Assembly (NCBI RefSeq): GCF_964355755.1
Contig: NC_092676.1
Span: 18,308,871 to 18,372,870 of the forward strand
DNA: 64,000 nt
Source: Antedon mediterranea
Taxonomy: Eukaryota; Animalia; Echinodermata
Reading direction: 5' to 3'
In this document: positions 55,301 to 64,000 of the stretch, piece by piece
How positions within the stretch are numbered: the stretch's first letter is position 1
Layout of the letters: every line of letters begins with the position of its first letter
Program-made: the position numbers and the translations under genes
Notes under the pieces: model-generated
What the model was told of the DNA's origin: nothing
Database searches by the model: none
What the model saw: only the letters and a program-made list of their open reading frames with translations

Positions 55301-58262
55301 TTGCCATTACTATCCATTGTCCAGGTTGTGAGAATATAGCATCTTCTAATACAATATGCTCTATTTTAAAGAAGCATCGGCAAAAACAGTATCTCTATGT
55401 ACAACAGTAATGATTAAAATTAGAAAGACTATAGTTTTAATTTTTGAAAACTCTTTTTAGCCACTGTTCTTGTATTTGCCATTCCAAGCTGTTCATAGTG
55501 CCAATGAAGATGATCCATTACAGGCTCCTCAGAAGTATATCGATAGATTCCCATACATACAAAATAAGCAAAGAAAAGTATATGCTGGTAAGTCAAGTAG
55601 CAATTAAGCTGACTTGTAATACAGAGATGGTGTTACATGATGCCCCATAATACATAAGAAAACTTTATTATCTCCAACAATCCGAAGAAATTACAAGCAC
55701 TTGCCATCAATCATACTGAAAGAAAATGACCCAATTTTTTATGGAAGTTGAGAATGTGCTGTTTTATTTTTGCCTAAGTAAATACTCACAGAAGATATTT
55801 TTTTTTCAATAGCAATGGTTTCGGCACTTGATGATGCTGTTGGAAATGTCACTGCCAGTTTAAAAGAGACCGGACTCTACAATAATTCAGTAATCTTTTT
55901 CACGACTGACAACGGCGGCCCCGTTTGTGGGTTCGACTACAACTGTGCAAGTAACTTCCCTCTACGTGGCGTCAAAGCAACTTTGTGGGAGGGAGGTGTT
56001 CGCGGTGTTGGTTTGGTTAATAGTCCTTTCTTAAAGAAACCTGGTAGAATTTCTGAAGACCTTGTGCATGTCTGTGACTGGTTGCCAACGATTTATCACT
56101 TGGCTGGTGGAGATACAAGTAAACTAAAGAACTTGGATGGATACAACCAGTGGGAAACTATATCAAGGTTTGTACACAAACACATCAGCTCAACACAGAC
56201 CTTACAAACAACCCGTGATGGCCAAATAAGTCTGGTATTCCAGCAGGTCAGGATTTCAGAATGAATGGCCGATATGCATGTGTGGAACCTTGGGAGATTT
56301 TTATGTTCAGGGCCAGCTGAAACTCTAGAAACCTTTGACCTATATTTTCAGTTTCATTTTTTATTTTCAATATAAACAAGTGTCATGAATATAAGCAAAA
56401 ATGGAAGGATGACCAAAAAAGAGCAAAGTCTATAGTGGCAAATTGTCTGAAACAACAATATACTTTATGTCTGAAGTATCAGTTGCTTGGCAAACAGTAC
56501 ACACTCACAGTATCTGAAAGTCCTTTTGTTTTGCAAATAATCTACAGTATGTTATGTTGTTTAAATACTACTTTTCTACTTGTTACTACTGCATCATCAC
56601 TTATCTTTACATGCAGAAACTACAATATTTTTATACAGTATCTTGGATATTGGAACAATTTTATTTATGTTCATATATTTATATTCATGTTTCATTTACT
56701 AAATTAAAATACTGTAACAAAACGTACATTTTGTTACTTATTTATTCAATTTTGGGTACCTCTTTGCTAAATTGAACAATCTTTTCTGATATTTGTGATA
56801 ATTTGATGACTTTTTAAATTTTAAATTGATGAATGTGTGTGTTTATATAGTGGTGTGACAAGCCCAAGAAAAGAGGTCATTCACAATATTGATACAGTTG
56901 GCAACTTCTCAGCCATCAGGATGGGAGACTATAAGCTTGTTGTCAATAGCAACTACAATGGATCATGGGATGGCTGGTATCCAACTAAAGACGAGGATGA
57001 AGGTACAGTATCTTATTTTTTATTTTTCTTATTCATTTTTTTAAAATTTATTTATTAATTCGGTGGGGCTTCTAAAGAGACAATGAAGCTCTATAGCTCG
57101 TAGAAGTCCCAGCTTAAAATTTACAACTAAAATAATATCAATGATGTTTCTGGACGGTCATTGTAAGTCTGTGTCCACTTACTGGCATATATTCATAGCA
57201 GATATCTACCTGTGTGTGTTTGTACTTTATACCATCTTTTCCTAATTACTTGTAAATAGTTCTTGTTCATCTTTGTAATTAATTATTAAAAATAAAATAT
57301 TCTGCTGTGTGTTTTCTCATATTATTGAATTTTCTGATTGGAATATGTACCTTAGTGAATGTTGACATTTCCTCTTTCAAACTAATTTTTTTCAGTCAGA
57401 ATAGTAATAATACAGTAATTAAATTTTCTTTCCGCCAGACTTTGTAATACCCGTAAATGTAAACCCGCAAGCAGCTGTAGTGCACTGTCCACCAAAGCCA
57501 CCAGATGTAGAGACAAACTGTCAGCCATTCAAAGCACCATGTTTGTTCAATATTAGAAATGATGCTTGTGAATATATCAACATTGCTGCGCAACATCCAG
57601 GTAGGCAAAAGAATACAATTATTTGTGATTTTGATACCATTAAAGTTTAAAATGTCAAACGATTTATGTGATTTTTCCAAATGATGTCTGATTTTCCTTG
57701 CTGGTGCCATATTTGTTTCAGTAGTGACAGCTTGGAGATTGTCGATTATATTTTGTCTGCAAGCCAAATCAGAGTTGAAACACATTTAACATAGAAGTTT
57801 TGTTTAAAAAACCTATTTTGTTTTTCATTAAAAAGGTGATCTTTTTAAGATTTTAGCCTAATTATTTGTTTAAAGTTTGGAACTTTAGTTTGAAGTGACT
57901 GTAAGAAATCTGAATTGTAAAAACAAAAATTGTAATCACATTACTTTTGGTAACATAATAATAATGATCTTTTTTAGAAAAAAATTATTTTAATATAATA
58001 TAAAAAAAATTGATTTTGATTTTCCCAAGTCTGATTTTCCTTGCTGGTGCCATGTTTGTTTCAATAACAGCTTCAAGATTGTAGATACAATATATTTTGT
58101 CTTTTTGTAGACATTGTTTCCAAACTGCAAGCCAGGATAGCTGAACTTCTACCAACAGTGGTACCAGCAGCTAACAAGCCTGAAGATGTCAATGCTGATC
58201 CCAGATTACATGGAGGAAACTGGGTTCCTTGGATAAATCTAACACAATTTAACGAAGTGTAA
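49391..58262 (+). CDS. Arylsulfatase B-like sulfatase (ARSB/I/J group), paralogue 2, 529-531 aa, with duplicated exons 3 and 4
   Basis: Exons: 49391-49510, 50049-50208, [50720-50832 or 51606-51718], [52177-52299 or 54162-54290], 55071-55196, 55461-55587, 55813-56167, 56851-57002, 57439-57600, 58111-58262. Signal peptide, [62 protein letters not shown]. Intron positions and phases match paralogue 1. Confidence 0.93.
50720..50832 (+). CDS. Sulfatase paralogue 2 alternative exon 3a
   Basis: ttgacag|...|gtgtgt; 113 nt; [38 protein letters not shown]. Confidence 0.85.
51037..51131. mobile_element. hAT-type MITE, 95 bp, between exons 3a and 3b
   Basis: 13 bp perfect TIR CAGTGGCGTAACG/CGTTACGCCACTG with an exact 8 bp TSD TTGAGATC (51029-51036 and 51132-51139). 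Confidence 0.88.
51606..51718 (+). CDS. Sulfatase paralogue 2 alternative exon 3b
   Basis: ttttcag|...|gtaggt; 113 nt; [38 protein letters not shown]. Confidence 0.85.
52177..52299 (+). CDS. Sulfatase paralogue 2 alternative exon 4a
   Basis: caacag|...|gtataa; 123 nt; [41 protein letters not shown]. Confidence 0.85.
54162..54290 (+). CDS. Sulfatase paralogue 2 alternative exon 4b
   Basis: gttcag|...|gtgagt; 129 nt; [43 protein letters not shown]. Confidence 0.85.
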
Positions 58263-59487
58263 ATTTTGGAGGTTTTTTTTTCTTTTCATTTTAGCATTTC
58301 CTTGATAAATAATTAATACAGTACTACAATTACCTCAATAATTAGTGAAATAAAAACAAAATTCTAATCTAATTTTTAAAATGTAGTATTACATATACAC
58401 AGAAACAAAAAGGAAAATACAGTTTTAGTAGTAATAAAATAAGAAACATTTTTAAATGAATGAGATTTAAAATAATTATAATTTTATGGGTTTCTAATGG
58501 GTGCAACGTTTAATAAATATGCTGATGCTGATTTGATAACGTTGTGATCATCGGCTGCCGAAAGCTCTGTCTGCACTATAAAACTAGTATGATGTGTCCA
58601 AATATGGTAGTGATATGACATTATCATGTCTATATATGGGCACATCACATATACTTTGATAGTGTAAACAGAGCTTTAGTCAATATGACATGTCAAGTAC
58701 ACTTTATGATACTGTGGCATTGTCTCTTTCTCTGTGCCGGTATGGGGGACAGGTGTATCTTTGATTATTTCTCTTGTGGAGTCTGCTTGAATAGTGGAAT
58801 AAAAAGCTCCGGTTACAAGATAAGAACAGAATTGGAAAGTACATAAATTTTCCTTTCTACAATAGGGTTACTTTTTAAAAATTGTTTTTTAAAATTCATT
58901 TATTGTTCATTTAAATTATAGTTACCATGATTATAAAATCAACGTATAAATTGCAATATTAAACCATGTAATAGAGTTAGAATACTTGGTTACTAAACAC
59001 AATATACCATGCTAATGTTAATAGTTCTTTCGTCAACTTCCTTTAAACGATACTAGGCTACCTATATCATTCTAAACGGACAAAATACATCTTTTGATTT
59101 CGGCCAAGTGTCATGTATTTAGGTATTCTATGCACCAGCTTGCCATCCGTTGCATGCAACAGTTCCTTGTATATTGTACACTACAATCGGACAAAAAGAT
59201 CTCCAGCTAATCTCCAACAACTCATTTGCATATTTTTGAATTTATTTATAGAAATGTACAATTTAATCTTACATTATTACTGGACATAATATATATCTAT
59301 TTTTCTACTGTAGAAGAAGGGTTTTTCTACAAGATTTGTATTCATCATTTAATGTTCAATAATTTTTAATTATGATTTTTTTTTTGTCAACAATAAAATC
59401 GATTGAAAAAAAGAAATTTAAGTAATTTATCGTCAGTGATTACTTCATTGATGCGTAGTGGCCTAACAATAAGAACCACATCGTCTT

Positions 59488-60220
59488 AAAACAAGGCCAT
59501 AGATGGCTGCAGTCGCGTGCTCATTATTGTTTACCGACCGACCGACCAACCTACAAACTGACCGATATTACTGAACATGTTTAAAAATGTTGAAAATGTT
59601 TAAAAACATTTATATTTTTTTAATTTACACGTGCGTATCTTGTCACTTTTGACGTGCTCGTATAACGTAATTTCGAGTTGAAAAGTAAGTCAAGAAAACA
59701 GAAATCGGCAAAAAGAGTGCGCAATAACATTTAACGCGCAGTGCGCGCGCAAAAATCTGCGCACTCATGGCAATTTTGTAAACGCTTAAAATTGCCTGAA
59801 ACGTATTCTTATTTCATCGAAAATAAATTTTGAAAATTTTAAGCGCGCGTACGCATGCGTTACATGCGCTACGCACGTAATTGTATTGCCATATGATGAT
59901 TTATGCCCTGAAATTTATGAGTACCAAATTTTATTTAATTGTGATTCATGGTTGTGAAGATATGATTACAAACGTGATTTCGTTAAATTGTGCGTAGACC
60001 GCGTCATTTTTTATTGCGCACCGTGAAAACATAACCACATCGATTCCTGGCCATAAGGAATATACTGTGAAAAATTTACTTAGCTAGATTAAACTGATAT
60101 CAAGATACGGTCAGAAAGCGATAAAACGCATAGTGATACCGGACCGACAGACAGACAGACCGACCGACCGACCGACCGACCGACATAGTGAACTATAGAG
60201 TCGCGTCCACGCGACTAAAA
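59488..60220 (+). mobile_element. Non-autonomous Helentron/DINE-1-like element (HINE)
   Basis: Starts AAACAAG, has subterminal AGTCGCGTG, (GACA)n(GACC)n microsatellites, and a terminal hairpin AGTCGCGT-CC-ACGCGACT followed by an A run. An internally deleted inverted copy lies at about 62980-63061. Confidence 0.7.
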
Positions 60221-61622
60221 ATAATATTTGTATCACCAATCCAACAATTAATGAGTTATTCATTATTCATTAATAAGTAATTCAGTAATTGACATAATTC
60301 GAGGTTAAGAATTCGTTTCTTGCTTGTAGAATTGTAATCATTTTTTATGTTATTTATTATTATTTCAAATCACAATTGTTTTTTTACAATGTCGTGATAA
60401 TGAATACAAAACGTGGCATTCAATGTTTTTGTGTTCCACCGAAAAATCTCCATGAAACGCAGGTGACGTACTTAAAAAAAGTTACCGCTAATGTAATGTA
60501 ATATAACTGTTGGCCTCATGTCACTTTTGCTTTGTAGTAATACTTCAATGAAATGTTTGTGGTTGTTGTGCACGCGCATTCGTCACAATAAAGACACTGC
60601 AAAAAATTATGTTCTTTCAAACGTGGCGCGCTGAAATAGAATTTGCGCGCTTAGAAACATACATTTAGTTGCCATCGCAATTCAAAAGAAAAAACATATT
60701 TTTTGGCAGGAAGCTGTTATCGAAGTTTATTGTTCAAAATCTGCTTTCTACGCGGTCTACACTTAGACATTACCATGAAATTTGTAATTTTAATTGCAAA
60801 ATATGACTTCTGTATAAAAACCAACGAATCATGCTTTTAACAGGCCTAATGCCTATTTGAGGTCTTAAGTTTTAAAAATGTTGTTTTATGACTCGTACTC
60901 CTCCAGCTAGGAGGAGGACGCCGCGCAAACGCGATGGCGACGAAGCCGTAAGCTGTGTTTATCATAATGGTAACGCTAAACCAACAGAAACAACAACAGC
61001 TTGTCAATAGGTACATTTATTTAATTTATTTAAATATATTTATACAGGATAAAAACATCAGGTATAGGCCTAGGCCTACTAGCCTAGGTAGCACCTTTTT
61101 TACATGTCCTATTTTTAGAATAGGTTAAAAAACATACATAACAAACATACTAGCCTAGGCTAGGCCTAATAAAACTGTAAAAATAGCAATGTAAAGACAA
61201 AAAGGAATGAAACAAGCACGAATGTGCAATACTCGGGGTACAGCGAAAGAAGCTGTAATGACGTCATAAGACCGGATGTAACGTCACATACACATCACTA
61301 ACCGCGCTACCGAATACGGCTATACGGTACCATCTTCGAGACGTGATATGGCTGCATCCGGTTTGAAATTAAAAAATCCGGCTCTATAGCTTTGAGGACA
61401 TGTCCCTGTAGTATATTCATGCTAAATCCGAGCTCAATACTACAACGAATAAGGGGGGAGTAGTACTTTATAAATCGCACTTTTTGCTCAATAGTGTGTG
61501 GATGGTAGAAGAAGAGGAAAAGATGAGAGTCCTAGACTCAGGTACCCCGAGTAATAAAACGAGATATACTCTATATCATATTACGTATACAGTATATTTC
61601 ACCATAAAGTTAAAGAAAAATA

Positions 61623-61699
61623 GGTTTCGCCAGGGCTCGAACAACCGGGACCTTCTGCGTGTTGTTAAGCAGACTTGACAACCACTACACTACAAAACC
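61623..61699 (-). pseudogene. tRNA-Val(AAC) pseudogene
   Basis: Minus strand GGTTTTGTAGTGTAGTGGTTGTCAAGTCTGCTTAACAACACGCAGAAGGTCCCGGTTGTTCGAGCCCTGGCGAAACC; extra bases in the anticodon loop and T arm. Confidence 0.75.
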
Positions 61700-61914
61700 T
61701 CTTACACTAAAAATGTGGGTTACACAAAGTTTTTTAATCCATTTAAATTACAAATAAATATGGTAATAAGCACAAAGCAAAATAAACATGTATAAAAGTG
61801 ATAATTACCGATTACACAAAATAGTTATTTAAAAAAATAATAAAAATAAGATATACTGTGTATAATTATCATATTGCGTATACAGTACTTTTCACCATAA
61901 AATAAAAAAAAAAA

Positions 61915-61986
61915 GGTTTCGCCCGGGCTCGAACCAGGTACCTTCTGCGTGTTAAGCAAACGTGATAACCACTACGCAAAGAAGCC
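61915..61986 (-). tRNA. tRNA-Val(AAC)-like gene, probably degenerate
   Basis: Minus strand GGCTTCTTTGCGTAGTGGTTATCACGTTTGCTTAACACGCAGAAGGTACCTGGTTCGAGCCCGGGCGAAACC followed by an oligo-T run. Anticodon arm and B box are intact; the acceptor stem and A box have mismatches. Confidence 0.6.
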
Positions 61987-62621
61987 GCATATAACTACCT
62001 TACGCTGTGTGGTGTGTCACACATTGTGGCTTCTTAATTAAACAAATTAATTAACAAACTAGACTCGGGTACCCCGAGTAAAAAGCACGAATGTACGATA
62101 CTCGGGGTACAGCAAATGAAGCTGTAATGACGTCATAAGACGGGATGTGACGTCACATACACATCAATAACCTACCAAATACGGCTATATGGTACCATTT
62201 TCGAGACGTTATATGGCTGCATCCGGTTTGAAATCTAAAAATCCGGCTCTATAGATTGGAGGACATGTCCCTGTAGTATATTCATGCTAAATCCCAGCTC
62301 AATACTACAACTAATAAGGGAGGAGTAGTACTTTAAAAATCGCACTTTTTACTCAATAGTGTCCAGATGGTGGAGGAGAAAAAGAGTAAGTACTAGACTC
62401 GGGTACCCCGAGTAAAAACTAGAGATAAGTGATACACATTTATCTATAGTTTTGTAATTGATAATTCAATTTAACCGTCTTTAAATGACTGTTTCGATAC
62501 TGTATCTAATATGCCTTGGCATTGCTATTAATAAATATTAGTGTTACCATGATCTTCTTTGACGCTTTTTTTAGTTTGAAGTTTACTGGTGATGCTTTAC
62601 GGTGGGTAACATTTGCATTAC

Positions 62622-62802
62622 TAAAGCGTGGTTCCCACTAGCGACGCAACGTAAGTACGTAACGCAACGCAAGTGAATTGACCAATCACAAGCGATGGCT
62701 TATACGTTTTTGATTGCTGTCTATAACTTCGCTTGTCATTGGTTAAAACGCTTGCGTTGCGTTTACGTCCTTGCGTTACGTTCTAGTGGGAACCAAGATT
62801 TA
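62622..62802. mobile_element. MITE, about 180 bp
   Basis: Inverted termini TAAAGCGTGGTTCCCACTAG / CTAGTGGGAACCAAGATTTA with inverted ACGCA-rich subterminal repeats. Confidence 0.75.
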
Positions 62803-64000
62803 CGCAGAATTGAGCCGCATAATGTTGCGAAAAAAGAGTTTTCAGATATGGCAGGTAAGACGGCAAGGTAAGTATTAAATTATTGTCTATTACTTTTAGA
62901 AATAAGTCGAGTATTATGAAAATTAACTTTGTTTGCCTATTAATTGTCAATCCAGTTTATACAGTAGTAGAACTCTACAGCTCACTATGTCGGTCGGTTG
63001 GTCGGTCGGTCGGTAAACATTAACTTGAGCACGCTACTGCCGCCATCTATATGGCCTTGTTAGTTATTCAAATGTATGCGAACCCCTACACGGCGGGTAT
63101 AAAAGGCAAAACAAGATCAAACATTGAGCTAAACACCTAAAGTTGGCCTAGACAAAACAATTAGTACAATCTACTATAAATATTCAACTTCAAAATTATT
63201 AGAATTTCGCAACAAGCTTTTTTTTAACCATGTTGTTAATGATTTTTATTTATACCGCGGTACTAATGTTCATTGAAATTGTCTCGAACGTTTCTGTTAA
63301 AAAAATATGTTTACTTAATATCTTATGATGCCCATAAAATAGGATTTTTATCTTTGTACAAAGCTAATAAACGGATGTTTTTTAGAAGTGGAAACTGTTC
63401 TTGTCATTGATGTGCAAATATGTTCCTTTGAATACAGCGTGCTTTATCATGTGAACCTTATTATAAATGTTTGCTCATGAATAATGCATGTTCACCATGG
63501 AAACAACAAACAAAGAGGGAGGGACCGAACGTAAACAGGACTCGACCCTCTCAACGATGAATGGTCTATTGTATACGCACGTCTTATTAAGGTTGTGGCC
63601 TTTGTTATAGACAGTATAAACTAAATCATGAACTAGGGTACAATAAAGGTAACGTACTTGGTACGAGTGCTTATAACACTCGGTCATAACTTGTTTGAAC
63701 AAGAACAATTTCACTGTTATAAGTGCTTGGTACAATATTTCAAGGATCACAAATCAGGATAGAAATGTTTTTTAATCGTAATCATTATAACCCAAATGAT
63801 AGCACTGCGCAAAGGTTGAATATCAATGAGGTAAAGATAGTTTTTGAAAACTCGAATGAAGTTTACTAGGATATGGGATCGAATCGACTTGACGTTACCG
63901 AAAAGTGGTTCAAATCACCGTCCTCCGACATGGATAAAGGATTTACAAAACCATTGGTTCCTTCAAGAGACAGGGTGAGTTTAATTTTACGGTGCTATTT

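Larger units (their letters stand above)
61210..62418 (+). mobile_element. Tandem HINE-like elements (61210-61556 and 62083-62418) with an extra terminal hairpin at 62058-62082
   Basis: Two highly similar copies of about 340 bp. The 5' ACTCGGGGTAC is inverted relative to the 3' hairpin ACTCGGGTACCCCGAGT, which is followed by A runs. Confidence 0.65.

Noticed and set aside
30747-58262. Foldback element as the cause of the inverted sulfatase duplication
   Set aside because: The paralogues are well diverged with introns that do not visibly align, whereas the TIRs and satellite arms are nearly identical. The element looks much younger than the duplication.
63871-63972. Possible exon (DMGSNRLDVTEKWFK...RDR|gtgagt) of a downstream gene
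   Set aside because: Good donor but weak acceptor and no recognisable homology; it cannot be supported within this window.

Overview
AT-rich, intron-rich animal (probably invertebrate) genomic DNA. Four spliced genes could be rebuilt by hand, each with GT-AG introns and a continuous frame. (1) SCYL2 pseudokinase, minus strand, 15 coding exons, about 989 aa. (2) A divergent kinesin-9/KIF6-like motor, plus strand, 15 coding exons, about 1198 aa, head-to-head with SCYL2. (3, 4) Two head-to-head arylsulfatase B-like paralogues, at 30.7-38.0 kb (minus) and 49.4-58.3 kb (plus). The top finding is in the plus-strand sulfatase: two consecutive pairs of intact duplicated exons (3a/3b and 4a/4b) span the active-site GK|WHLG motif and look like mutually exclusive exons giving up to 4 isoforms. 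The inner pair (3b+4a) is the closer match to the single exons of the neighbouring paralogue. Between the two sulfatases lies a 10.6 kb non-coding foldback element with TIRs, two opposed arrays of a 101 bp hairpin satellite, tandem 620 bp hairpins and a nested 940 bp foldback MITE. The rest of the window holds SINEs, MITEs, a LINE 3' fragment, Helentron-like elements and tRNA-Val pseudogenes. All coordinates and identities are read by eye; no searches were run.
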